Positions 37,604 to 49,500 of a stretch of 64,000 nt of DNA are shown one piece after another. A program made the position numbers and the translations under genes. A model generated the notes under the pieces. It did not search any database, had not been told where the DNA came from, and saw nothing but the letters and a program-made list of their open reading frames with translations. Each line of letters begins with the position of its first letter. The first letter of the stretch is position 1. Source of the stretch: a virus. Location of the stretch: the UHGV virus genome UHGV-1363143. One strand, given 5' to 3'.

Positions 37604-38266
37604 ATGGGAGCAAATAGTTTTGAACAATATACTAAAACTTATAGCACATTCTCAGGATGTGATATCGTTGCTACATTCAATGGTAAGGTAATTGGTGAAC
37701 TTCAAGCCATTACTTATAGCATTTCTCGTGAAAAAGCCCCTGTTTACACAATGGGATCAGCTGAACCAAGATCTTTCTCAAGAGGTAAGAGAGGTATAGC
37801 AGGTACACTTGTATTTACAGTGTTTAATAGAGATGCATTAATAGAAGAATTTAAAGGTAAGTTAAATGGAGAAACAACTGGTGTTCAAAAGTTTAAAGCT
37901 GAAAGAAATTCTGAATCAGATGTTAACTTTTTATCAGTAGAACAATGGGATGCTGAAATGTCTAACTACGCTGGAGTAGGAGATCAAACTGGAGCAGCTA
38001 TTGGAAATGTTTCTGATTTAACATCTAAGTATCAACCAATATATGCAGATGAAATATTACCATTTGATATTACTATCACATTCGCCAATGAATATGGACA
38101 AAGAGCAGTATTAGTAGTATACGGAGTTGAACTTTTAAATGAAGGTTCAGGTTATTCAATAGATTCTGTTACTACAGAGAAGGCATATACATTCGTTGCT
38201 AGAAAGATTGATTACATGAAATCTTTAGATGGTGACAATGATGCAGGATTCTCTTCAACTTACTAA
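37604..38266 (+). CDS. tail tube protein (XkdM/gp19-like)
   Basis: 220 aa directly after the sheath gene. FSGCDIVATFNGKVIGELQAITYSISREKAPVYTMGS ... RGIAGTLVFTVF matches the tail-tube family pattern. Confidence 0.75.
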   Translation: MGANSFEQYTKTYSTFSGCDIVATFNGKVIGELQAITYSISREKAPVYTMGSAEPRSFSRGKRGIAGTLVFTVFNRDALIEEFKGKLNGETTGVQKFKAERNSESDVNFLSVEQWDAEMSNYAGVGDQTGAAIGNVSDLTSKYQPIYADEILPFDITITFANEYGQRAVLVVYGVELLNEGSGYSIDSVTTEKAYTFVARKIDYMKSLDGDNDAGFSSTY

Positions 38267-38281
38267 ACTCTGCGTGAAATA
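38266..38281 (+). promoter_or_regulatory. conserved 16-nt motif AACTCTGCGTGAAATA (copy 2, overlapping the tube stop codon)
   Basis: Identical to 29072-29087. Confidence 0.5.
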
Positions 38282-38306
38282 ATGTAATTGAATAAGTAAT
38301 ATAAGG

Positions 38307-38339
38307 GAGAAGAGTGCGAAAGCATATCTTCTCTTTTTT
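38307..38339 (+). terminator. rho-independent terminator
   Basis: GAGAAGA ... TCTTCTC 7-bp stem with inner TGC-GAAA-GCA mini-stem, followed by T6. Confidence 0.6.
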
Positions 38340-38361
38340 ATTATACTAAGGAGGAAGAATA

Positions 38362-41103
38362 ATGGCAGAACAAATGTATACCTACACTAATGAGAGTTTT
38401 AGTGGTTGTGATATGGTAGCTACTATACTTTTACCTAAACCAGGTACTAATAAGAAACAGGTTTATGCATTAGGAGAGTTACAAACCATCTCTTATTCTA
38501 TTCATATGGATAGACAGCCTGTTAGAGCTATAGGAAATATAAATGTAAAAGATTATGTAATGGGCCCAAGAACTATTGCCGGATCACTTGTGTTTGCAGT
38601 ATTTAATAAGCACTTTGCTAATAAGATGATGAAGGATATAGGGGATTCAACAAATCCTGGATATGCATTTTTAATAGATGAAATACCACCATTCGATATA
38701 GTAATTTCAGCAGCAAATGAATACGGACTAAGAAGTAGAATGGTTATCTATGGAGTTAGACTAGTTAATGAAGGTCAAGTAATGTCAGTTAATGATGTTT
38801 ATACAGAAAATACATATCAATTTGTAGCTACAGATTTAGAATACTTAACTGACGAAAACCATTATACAAGTGGCCATAAATCAGGTAGAGGATTATATAA
38901 AATCATAGAAAAAGATATTTCTTCTTATAACAATAAAATGCAATATAGCTACAAAAAAACCAAGCCTACACCTCACTTTGATGTGGAGCTAAATTATAAA
39001 GTAACTGGAGTTGCTACAGAAACTAAAAAGGGAATGGTCGAGCTGTGGCTTACACCTACTATGAAAACAGGAATAATAACCATTGAAGGTACTAGCGAGA
39101 ATAAAGCTATAAATGTTGAAGATGGATTGAACGGTAATAACAGAGCTATAATACCATTATCTGCGGGCGAATATTCTGCTATCTGGAAAGATGATAATAG
39201 AAAATCCAACAAAATAGTTTTTAGAATCTTGGAAGATAGAATCATAGAAAACACAGTATTACCTGCTCCAATAGTTGAATCAATAAGCGACAATACTATT
39301 GAAATATATTCTAATGTTAGGGAACATACAAAAGTCATTTATGAGAATGAAAATAAAGATAAATTCACAATTAAACTTAGTGGGCGAAGGGCAAAGATAA
39401 GTAATCTAGAAGCTTCTAGTAAATACAAGATAGCTACTTGTAATGAAGATTTAAATAGAGTATCTGATTACATTACTGTTAAAACACTTGATTTTGGATA
39501 TGACCTTTACAAAGACTTTTTGGATTATCTGAACTACAATAAAAAGTCCTTAATGAATAGTAACTTTAATGTATATGTAACTGTTGTGAACGATGGTAAA
39601 CAATACGCATTTTCAGGGAAAAAATATTCTACAATAGCTGATAGTTTTATTGATGTTAATAAGTTTTATACGGAACAATTAAACTCATTATCTCAAGAAG
39701 ATTTTCCGGGATCAATAGAATACCAAGAAGAAGTAGATAGATTAACAGCTTTAATAGATGCTGCAGTTGAAGTAACTCATATATCAACAATAATCAATAA
39801 TGATGTAGTCTATGGATATAACTATGACGTTATGGTAGTAAGCCCTCCAATGCCAGAATCAGAAGACTCTTGTACTAATTCATTTCTAATTGACTATAAT
39901 GTCAATTCATTAGATTTCTTTAGACAATATACAAATACTCAACAATTTGAAAAAACAATAGAAAAGAGAAACTTTAAAGATATAGATGTTGGATATTTAT
40001 GTTTGTTTAATGGCAGACCTGGAAGTAGATATTATACTTATGCTGTCAACAAGTATGGATTTAGATCCCCTAAAATAGATTTTTATGCAATGAATGATGA
40101 GCAAAGAATTAAGTCCCTAGAGAACAAAGAAAACGAAGATGAAAGAATAAGATACGAATTGGCCAAAACTAATGATTTACATTCATATAAATTTGATTCA
40201 TCCTTAACTGAACTAGAAACAAGAAGGGTTCTTACAGAGATTATTAAGTCTACATCAATAAAGAATATATCAACGCCTACACTTTTAGAAGCAAGTAGTT
40301 CATCAATAATAATCACTATTGATGAGGCTGAAGAATTACTTGAGGAAAACGGATATATAGTAGCTATCAGCTCAGTAGAATCTGCCCTTACTAATACTAC
40401 TAGATACAAGGTACCAGCAAAGAATAGAGTGGAGTTTAATGTATACAATCATGGACTTAGACCTGATACTACTTACGTAATATGGATAGAAGACAGCGAT
40501 GAACAACAGGTATCTGATAGCATTACAGTGAATACAAAAGATCTAGATGAAGTATCTGAAATCAGAGAATTTGATATAAACAAATATTTTGTAAAAGAAA
40601 TAATAGATGCATTAAGAGATGAATTTGAGGAACAAGGACTTCTATCAAATACATTAGAACGCATATTGTACAAAAATGAAAATGATATTCTCAGCAACAA
40701 GTCAAATGTACTAACTAAAGTGTTGAATGACATTGTTGAAGAGACGGCCACACTGAGCAATGTATTTGAAATCTTATATGCATACTTTAAGGTTTATAGT
40801 GAATTTACCTATAGTATAAATGAAACCTTCTTTGATATAGATCCTGTATATGATAGTAACAAAAAAGTTATTACGGTTAGTGAGGATGTCATAGTTACTA
40901 AAATAAATATTGACTCATTTAATATTTCAAATGAAAAGTTTGAACTTAAGAATGGAGAAGAACTAAAACTAGATGATTCTATACCTTATACAATTATGTT
41001 TTTTGCTAGCAAAGAACTAGACAAGAGAAGTGGATTTATAATTGCTAATAATTTTAGCAATATCCATATGACTTACAAGATGATAGTAAAGGTTGGTGAA
41101 TAA
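38362..41103 (+). CDS. tail-tube-fold protein with about 700-aa C-terminal extension
   Basis: N-terminal 170 aa paralogous to the tube protein: FSGCDMVATILLP ... LGELQTISYSIHMDRQPVRAIG ... RTIAGSLVFAVFN. The remainder is predicted beta-rich repeat domains. Confidence 0.55.
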   Translation: MAEQMYTYTNESFSGCDMVATILLPKPGTNKKQVYALGELQTISYSIHMDRQPVRAIGNINVKDYVMGPRTIAGSLVFAVFNKHFANKMMKDIGDSTNPGYAFLIDEIPPFDIVISAANEYGLRSRMVIYGVRLVNEGQVMSVNDVYTENTYQFVATDLEYLTDENHYTSGHKSGRGLYKIIEKDISSYNNKMQYSYKKTKPTPHFDVELNYKVTGVATETKKGMVELWLTPTMKTGIITIEGTSENKAINVEDGLNGNNRAIIPLSAGEYSAIWKDDNRKSNKIVFRILEDRIIENTVLPAPIVESISDNTIEIYSNVREHTKVIYENENKDKFTIKLSGRRAKISNLEASSKYKIATCNEDLNRVSDYITVKTLDFGYDLYKDFLDYLNYNKKSLMNSNFNVYVTVVNDGKQYAFSGKKYSTIADSFIDVNKFYTEQLNSLSQEDFPGSIEYQEEVDRLTALIDAAVEVTHISTIINNDVVYGYNYDVMVVSPPMPESEDSCTNSFLIDYNVNSLDFFRQYTNTQQFEKTIEKRNFKDIDVGYLCLFNGRPGSRYYTYAVNKYGFRSPKIDFYAMNDEQRIKSLENKENEDERIRYELAKTNDLHSYKFDSSLTELETRRVLTEIIKSTSIKNISTPTLLEASSSSIIITIDEAEELLEENGYIVAISSVESALTNTTRYKVPAKNRVEFNVYNHGLRPDTTYVIWIEDSDEQQVSDSITVNTKDLDEVSEIREFDINKYFVKEIIDALRDEFEEQGLLSNTLERILYKNENDILSNKSNVLTKVLNDIVEETATLSNVFEILYAYFKVYSEFTYSINETFFDIDPVYDSNKKVITVSEDVIVTKINIDSFNISNEKFELKNGEELKLDDSIPYTIMFFASKELDKRSGFIIANNFSNIHMTYKMIVKVGE

Positions 41104-41104
41104 C

Positions 41105-42268
41105 ATGAGAGCTCAAGGAAATAGCTATTTATCAAATAATATAAATATAAGCAAGGATAGATATATAACTTTAAATAGTGAGAATCCAGGCAATAAAAAA
41201 AGACTTGGTGATAGAACTTTATTTTCACATTCTGTAGACGGAAAAAGATATTACTCTAGTTTAGATGCTGAAATATATTTTGGAGAAACTTACATTGACA
41301 ATGTTGTTCAAATAAGCTGGGGAATAGAACAGGCAACAATGCCATTGTTTGGATATAACTCATATACATTTGATGATATTGCAATAGGTGCAAGACAGAT
41401 TAGTGGAAGCTTTGTAATTAACTTTACTAAATCAGGATTTATGTATGATGTATTAAGAAGTGTACAAGCTGTTAATAGGTCTACATTAAATGTTCCTGAA
41501 AAACTGAATGATCCATCTAATTTAAATTGGACATCACATTTTGACAAAGAACATAAGGCTTCATGGGATAGAAGTTTTAATATTAGAGTTGGATACGGAG
41601 ATTACAATAAGGAAGGTAAAGACACATCAATGATTGTGCTTTATTGTGTTCAAATAACTGGATGTCAACAAGTTATTGGTGTTGATGGAGCCCCTATTGC
41701 TGAAGCATATACTTTTGTAGCTAGAGATGTAAGATATGATGTTAAAGGAATTCCAGAGAAAGATGCAGTTAGTAATGATAAAAACGATTCTGATTCTTCT
41801 AATGACTTACCTCAAAGTCAATTCAATATATTAATAGTTCCAGTAGGCATTACGGAAGTAGGAGGTTCATCTTCAAATAAAGATAGTTCTAGTAATACCA
41901 ATACTGATGTTGATGCAATTACTGGAGCTGCACCTATACCGCCAAATCAAGTTACGCTTCCTAAGTACTATATAAAAGTTAAATATAGTTGCGGTGGAGG
42001 AGAAGTCAATGATATTAAGCTTACTATGAAAAGAGAAAATGGAGAAATAATAAATACATCAGCATTATCAATAGGTAATAGCAATGAAATAACTTATGAG
42101 ATACCAAGAGAATTCCATGGGAAGATCAAGAGAGCATTTGATTCTCAGAAATCGCTAGGAGCAACTAATGTGTACTTGAATTGTGACTTCAGAGTTATTT
42201 ATGCTATAAATGGAAAAATTCAATCACCATATAGTAGTACTAATAAAAAAGTTTACCTGACACAATAA
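41105..42268 (+). CDS. third tail-tube-fold paralog with C-terminal extension
   Basis: N-terminus SHSVDGKRYYSSLDAEIYFGETYIDNVVQISWGIEQATMPLFGYNS ... RQISGSFVINF follows the same tube pattern. ATG at 41105 (the ORF-track start at 41093 is TTG). Confidence 0.5.
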   Translation: MRAQGNSYLSNNINISKDRYITLNSENPGNKKRLGDRTLFSHSVDGKRYYSSLDAEIYFGETYIDNVVQISWGIEQATMPLFGYNSYTFDDIAIGARQISGSFVINFTKSGFMYDVLRSVQAVNRSTLNVPEKLNDPSNLNWTSHFDKEHKASWDRSFNIRVGYGDYNKEGKDTSMIVLYCVQITGCQQVIGVDGAPIAEAYTFVARDVRYDVKGIPEKDAVSNDKNDSDSSNDLPQSQFNILIVPVGITEVGGSSSNKDSSSNTNTDVDAITGAAPIPPNQVTLPKYYIKVKYSCGGGEVNDIKLTMKRENGEIINTSALSIGNSNEITYEIPREFHGKIKRAFDSQKSLGATNVYLNCDFRVIYAINGKIQSPYSSTNKKVYLTQ

Positions 42269-42340
42269 TGATATTTAGATAAGTAATAAAACAATAGATG
42301 CAACTTAAACATCATTTAAATATAAGAGGAGGAACTTAAA

Positions 42341-42697
42341 ATGAAAGTTACAGATAAGAAAGTTAAAGAGGTTCAAGAATTAACCCTAGATGAAAAGATT
42401 GTTGCTTGGAAAGAGGAACATAAAAAACTATTTAAAAACGTTGTTGATGGAAAGGAATATATTTGGAGAAGAATTAGAAGACAAGAGTATTCAGATATAA
42501 TGGCGTTAAAAGATGGAGATAGTGTTGATGAAAGAATATATAACAGACAATATGCTATCACAAAATTAGTAATATTAAATATAGACGAAGAAGAATTAGA
42601 AAATGACTTAGAAGAATTAGCAGGACTAGCTTCTTCTATAGCTGATGAAGTATTAGAAAAGTCAGGATTCGCTGCATCTCAAACAATAGAACTATAA
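42341..42697 (+). CDS. acidic small protein, tail assembly chaperone candidate
   Basis: 118 aa between the tube paralogs and the tape-measure-like gene. Confidence 0.4.
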   Translation: MKVTDKKVKEVQELTLDEKIVAWKEEHKKLFKNVVDGKEYIWRRIRRQEYSDIMALKDGDSVDERIYNRQYAITKLVILNIDEEELENDLEELAGLASSIADEVLEKSGFAASQTIEL

Positions 42698-42712
42698 GGC
42701 TGGTGAACTCCA

Positions 42713-43546
42713 ATGAAAATAACCAATGAAAAAAACTATAATCAGCCTAATGGCCAAATAGATTATATGTCATTAATAAATGATTTACAAGATGAATATG
42801 GAACTATTTACTGGAACACATTAGATGGTGAAATTTTTATTTATAGACCTCTTGGTAGATTGGAGTACAGACAATTAATTAATGCAGATATTACTGATAT
42901 AGAAAAAGAAGATACAGTTTGTAAGGCGTGCTTATTGCACCCTACAGACTTTGACTTTGATAACTGTCCAGCTGGCATACCAAAGCAATTACATGATTTA
43001 ATACTTAAGAATTCTTTTTTAGATTCTTTAGAATCAAAGAAACTCATAGTTGCTTACCATAGGTCTGAGATGGCAGAATTTGATAATCAGATAACTTGTA
43101 TAATTAATGAGGCATTTCCTAATATTGATATTGAAGAAATAGAAAGTTGGGATATGGCCAAGACTGCAAAATACCTTTCTAGAGCAGAATGGAAACTTAA
43201 TGTATTAAGGCAAATACCTATAGATTATGATACATCTAATAAAATGATGGAAGATGAATGGGTAATGCAGCATTCTAAAGGTAATGAAGAAATAAATGAA
43301 GTGGATAATATAGAACCAGAAGATAAAACACGACCTCAACATGAATTCAAAGTAGAAACATTAGAAGAAAGACAAGCTAGAATGAAGAAAGAAGGACCTA
43401 GACGAAAAACTCCTGAAGAACTAGCAGAGTTAAAACGCAGGTTCCCAGAAATCAAATGGGATTATGAAGTAGATCCTAATGAAAACATTGATAATATGAA
43501 AGATTCGTTAGATGTTACATCAGTAGCATTAAGACCAGGTTTCTAA
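42713..43546 (+). CDS. hypothetical protein (second chaperone-position gene)
   Basis: 277-aa ORF; same frame as the previous gene but separated by two stops. Confidence 0.4.
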   Translation: MKITNEKNYNQPNGQIDYMSLINDLQDEYGTIYWNTLDGEIFIYRPLGRLEYRQLINADITDIEKEDTVCKACLLHPTDFDFDNCPAGIPKQLHDLILKNSFLDSLESKKLIVAYHRSEMAEFDNQITCIINEAFPNIDIEEIESWDMAKTAKYLSRAEWKLNVLRQIPIDYDTSNKMMEDEWVMQHSKGNEEINEVDNIEPEDKTRPQHEFKVETLEERQARMKKEGPRRKTPEELAELKRRFPEIKWDYEVDPNENIDNMKDSLDVTSVALRPGF

Positions 43547-43573
43547 AAGTAAATAAAGAAAGGTGTTGATACA

Positions 43574-46500
43574 ATGAGCAGATTAAATGACGAAGATCAA
43601 CACTCCTTTGGTAAGGCTACGGCTGTTCTGACTGGTATGGTTGGGGCAGCCGCTTTTCATAGATTAGGGGGAGCTAAGGCCATTGCGAAGGGAGTGCCTA
43701 AATTAACTAGGTTTGCTAGTAAGCTAATGGACGATGTAGCTGAAATGAAACTTAAGGATTATGATGCTGAAGGAATCAGTAGACTTTATAAGAGTCATAT
43801 AGCTGATGATAATAGTACTTGGAAGTCCTTAAAAAATCTATCAGATGAAAAGATAAAGCTTGGAGTTACTGGACAAAAACCTGTTGCAGTTATATTAAAT
43901 ATGTTGGAGATACAAGCCAATAGCAGAGATACTATGAGAAAGGTATTTAATGCAAATTATGCTGATGAAGTAGTAGGTAAACTTGATAAGAAATATAAAA
44001 TCATAGATGATGAATTTAAGGACAAACTTGATGATCTTACAAGACATGTAATCGAAAAGGATGATTTAACATTATTCACAGATAAAGATGGTGTAGTAAC
44101 AAGAAACAGTGATTTAATAAAAGATTTTATTGATCCAGATGAATTTCATTTAGGTGAACAAGAAGATGAATTCTTTAAGGATTTAATAGGAGCAATAGAA
44201 AATAAAGAAAATGCTTTTAAAGAATATGTAGAGAACCATAAAGATGAGGATGGAACTTTAGATCTTGTAAACAACATAAAAGAACAATTAACAGGTAAAA
44301 GTTTTGCAGAGGCTTTTGGAGTCTCTGGAGATGAATCTATAATAGACAATACTATTAAACAAAGTAGAGGACTTACTTTTAGAGATTATGTAGATAACCT
44401 AGATAAATTCGATGACCAAATTATGAATCTTGGTGGCGATAATTATATTAGTTTAAAAGATGAGATTAAAAAGTTTGTTGAAGAGAATGAAGAAATCAAA
44501 GATGTACTTATTGACGCTAAAAACCTTAAGATAGATAAATCAGGAAATATAATTGATTTTCAAGAAGTAGATGAATTAAGAAAAGGTTTTTTAGAAAAAC
44601 TTGCTGGAACACTTCCAGGTAAACTAGCAAAGGTCACAGACTTTCTTAGTGTTGAAGAAGCTGGAGCAATTAACTTTTTCCAAAAAGGTAAAGCTAATCC
44701 TCTTGCTAACAATGATGGTACAAATAAAGGCAAGGATAATATAATTCAAATTTTAAATAAGTATTATAAGATAGATAAAAATAATAATTTATCTCATATG
44801 AGTGAATTAGATGATATGTACTCAAGATCTAACAAACACGGTACTGTTCCTCGTATGTTGGGTAAAATGTTTGGTACTGAATCAGAATATGAGGCTATTA
44901 ATAAAATAGCTAAAAAACTTGATATAGGAACAACTACAGAAAGAACAATATTAGATGATTTATCTAAAGAGGGCGGAATAGTAGGTAAATATGCAAGAAG
45001 TGTAACTGGAGTAGAAAGATATAACGTTATTGATAAAATGCTAGATGCTAGTCTTGCAGAAAGTGATGCTATAGCATATAGAAAAAATCTTAAGAATGTA
45101 AATCAAATCTTCTCTCATATTGCTAAAGCTCCTAACATGAAAACACTAGCTAAGATGGAGAATGTAGTTACTAATGATATGAGTAAAGATATACTTCAAG
45201 CGTTAATGACTAATGACCAGGAAGAGATGGTTTCTACACTATCCAAGTATACTAAACAGCTTAGGAATAAGGATTTGAAATCTCTAATAAAAACTGGTGC
45301 CTCTAATAGAGAGAATGCAGCTCGAATGCTATCAATAAAGAGCGATAGAATTACGGATGCTAAAAATATTATGAAATACAAAGACATGATTAAAAGGGAA
45401 GCTTTTAAAGAAGTTTTAATATCTGAGACAATTGATGAAGTTTCAGGAAGTGTTAATCATAATAGAATGTTAATTAAGTTAAGACAAGCTGGAATATCAG
45501 GAAGTTCATATGAGAATGCCAAGAATTTAGGACACTGGGCAACTCTTCAAATGAAAGGAAAACTTTTTAATAATGATGCTAAAGAGAAAGGACTTGAAGC
45601 GATCAAGGAAGCTAACAATGATGTTCTTGAACTTTTAACATCTATTAGAAAAAAAGATACTATTCCAGTAAATGCTGAGTACGTAAAAGACTTTAGAAGT
45701 ACTGTAGACAAAATAAGGGATAATTACAGCGAACTTACTACTAGAACAACAGAAAGAAATATCAAAGCTAAGAAGATTAGAGCACAAGCTACAAATGATA
45801 TGATGATTATGCGTAAAGCATATACCCCTAGTAGTTATGTAAAAGACATGATTAAAGATATGAATGATATAACAAAAATGAAAGCCAATACTAAAAAGTT
45901 TGGTATGCAATTTATTGCTGGCAAAGATAATCCTGAATTTGTTACATCATACACTATGATACCATATTTCTTTAGTCAAAGACTTACAGAACCATTTGCA
46001 AATTACGGCCTATCATTCTCAAGCAAGAATATGAAGAGTACTCCTGATATGTGGAAGGCGATAATGATGAAAAGAGTTCTTCCAGCAGCAGCAGGTATCA
46101 CCGCATTTAATTACTTAAATTATGAAGCTAAGAACTTAACTGGTACTAGCATAACAGGTGCAATGGCTCAGGGGATAGCAAATGTAGATCTTGGCCTAAG
46201 AAAGATAGCTGACATTACTGGAGCTGGAAAATTACTTGAAGCAGAAAGAAGATTAAATCCTATTTCTCAATACTGGCTAGGAGAAGATTATCAAAATTCT
46301 GCTGAAAGAAAAGATTATTACGAAAATGGATATGATGAAGTCCGTAAAGGAAGATGGTGGGCATTCGGTTCTGCTTCTGAATTTAGAGGTAGTAAGATTG
46401 CATATTATCAACCTAATTTCGTTAAGAGAGCTAATAGTGATTGGAAAGATATCGGAATATACGGAAGTTCAAAAGAGAAATGGAAACATTCTTGGATACC

Positions 46501-49500
46501 AACTCCTAGACATCCATTTGCTCCAATAAGAAGAGCATTAGATCCATACTGGCTTGAAAGAAAGAACTATAATGATAGACCTTATCTTGAAACTGCGCCT
46601 TTATTCTCTACTGGTACTCCTTGGGGAGCTGTATTGAATCCTACAGTAGGTCAAATAGTAAAACCTATTAGAAAGATGCATAGGGATGAAACTAGAAGAG
46701 GCTTAGTTGATCCTCGTACTTTAATCCGGGAAAGAAATGAAAGATTAAAAGCTAAAGCTCAGGATAAGCAACATGGCAACCTTATTCAAATATCAAAAGA
46801 TGGAATAAGTAATGTATCGTATACCCCTTCTGCACTTGCGGATCCTGACAAAGCAATGATAACTTTAAGAGCTGGAAATGGAAAAATACAAAGTGTAGAT
46901 TATAATGGTCTTGATTATACAGAAGGTATTGGCCACATATCAGAAGGTGGAATACCAGTAGATAACCCTGCGGGAAACAATGGGGCATTTTATGTTGGAA
47001 GAAATGCGAGTGCTGAACCTAAAACGGGGTTGATAGAGGCTTTTGAAACAACAGCATTAGGCTCATTTATAAGCAATGGTGTAAGAAAGTTTATAAGTCC
47101 TGTAGAGACTCTAAGGGTAACTAATGAAGGAATTAAGGGTAAAGCAGCAGCTACAGACGGAACTGTTATACAACAAGCTAACCTTGCTAAAATGCCATTC
47201 AGACAAGCGACTCAAAGAATGACTACAAAACAAGAAGAGGCTGATTTATTATTAACTACTTCTAAGCACGATTTTATAAATGACACACTATTCTCTGCAA
47301 AACAATTATCAGGTATATATGGATTCCTTGGAGGGCTTATATACTCAGATGATAAAAAGAAGGTAAGACCAGAAAGTGCTGAGAAAATGTCTAGCTTTAA
47401 ACGTAGTTTCTGGGATGCAAATGTCGGAGGTCTTGGTGGCGGTATAATGGAAATCTCTAGAAGATTTTTCCCACATGATGACCATGCATGGACAGATATT
47501 AATCCAATTAGAAATACTATGCCTGAATGGATGCCAACTAGATTCCAAACAGGGGATCCATATACTAAAGTTCCGAAGGGAGAAATGAGACTTCCAGGAA
47601 AGGGATATGAATCTATTCATAAATTAAGATCTGATGAATACGGAAGATATGGTGCTCTTGATAGAATGAGGATATTAGGAGATATAGCTCCGTGGTCAGA
47701 AGAATACAAACTGTGGAGAGATATAGCAAGTAAATCAATTACTGACGAAAAAGGTAAGAGAGAAATACAAGACATAAAGAAGAGAGTTGAAAAACAAAGT
47801 AGATCACATGAATTTTATAATTATAAGTTCCTAGGAAATCCTACAGAGATAAATACTGAAACTATTGAATCAGTAGAAGGAACTAAAATTACCACTACAT
47901 CAGGTAAACAATATAGCATGGCTGGAATTAAGCTTGGTAAAAATACAGATATAAACTCACACTTAGCCGCTGGAATGAAAGTTCAAGTAGAACACTTGAA
48001 GAAGGATAAGGGCATTGATGGTTCTATATCAGCAGCTGTATATGTTAATGGAGAAAATATAAATCAAAAGCTTGTTAATTCAGGTGAAGCAAAAAGTGAT
48101 ACTAGTACAGCTATGGGAGCAAAAGCTTTAACTGGTCAATTTAGTCAATTCTATGGTGCAGCAATGGAAGCTATTGCTCATGCTCCTATTCCATTTGTTC
48201 ATAACAAAGTGATGAAGATAGATACACCATTAGAATCTTATAAAAACGAAAGAGTTTATGGTACTCCATATAGTACATGGGATCATCCTATTAAAGGATT
48301 TATTATGCCTTCATTCCAAAAGGACTGGGCAAGAGGCCCTGTAGGACAAGGTATTGCTCTTGGTGCTTGGGTATTAGCTGAGCAAACTTGGAAGAATTCA
48401 AGTAAAACTTCTGAAGCATTAAAAAGAATAGGAATTAATTTATCAGAAACTGGAGTTAATAGATTAGCAAGTACTATATTTAATGTAGCTAATCCTGGTG
48501 CATTTGCTGGTTCAATGATGGCGGCAATACCTACTGGACTAATGGGTAACAGTGAAGGTATTAAGGGATTATTTAGTTCCGCAATATTTGGAGCAGGAGT
48601 TAAACCAGGTGTTGGTAGAAATGGTGCTAGATTAGGTGCAACAGCTATGATAGCTGGATATGGATTAACAAGATCTGATAAGCCTATTGAATCGACAGCT
48701 ATATTCACTGTAGCTGGTATGGCATTATCTAAACAGTTAAATCATAAAGCATTTAATACTAAACAAGGTGCTATAGCTGGTGCTACTACTGGATTATTAA
48801 TATCTGCAATTAGGAATCCTAGATTTAATAAAGATAAAATGTTTGGAAAATACACACCTGAATCAACTAAAAAGAGATGGGATATAGATGAGTATTATGA
48901 CAGACTTGAATATATAAAATATAAGGGCCTATACGAAAAAGCTGCAAGAAAAGCACGTATATGGGAAGGCACAAATATTAAAAAGATTATCAATGCAAAT
49001 GAATACCAAAGAGGAATAAATAAAAAGAAAATTGAAAAATTAAACAATAGGCTAGACAAAGTAAGTAATAGTAAACTAGAGGACAACAGAAAGGCTGAGA
49101 TAATCGAAAAGATTAATCAGCAAAAATATCGACTTAGCACATCTGAACAGACATTTAGGGCTGGGAAATATACTAAAGCCGCTATTGCATACAAACAAGC
49201 GGCGGAAAGTACTATCTATGGCTTGAAAGAAGATGCTACTTCACAACAAGTAATGAGAGCAATTCCAAAAGGAGATAAAGATTTCTTCATGGAATTTGCT
49301 AAAGAAAAGAATAAGAAGAAGCAAGATGAAATACTAAAATATGTATCACCTTATCAAAGAAGAGCATTACAGATAGCTTGGGGACGAAAGAAGATTGATA
49401 AAGTAGAAGATAATGATGATTACTTTAAAGGTCACTTTATGCCAGGAGTGTTCTGGGCAGGATGGAGTCCACAAGTTGATATGGAACATGTTAAGATGAA

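Noticed and set aside
42695-42715. Programmed frameshift or readthrough joining the two genes in the chaperone position (by analogy with G/GT)
   Set aside because: Both ORFs are in the same frame and separated by two in-frame stops (TAA at 42695, TGA at 42704). No slippery heptamer, so no -1 frameshift product is possible and double readthrough is implausible.
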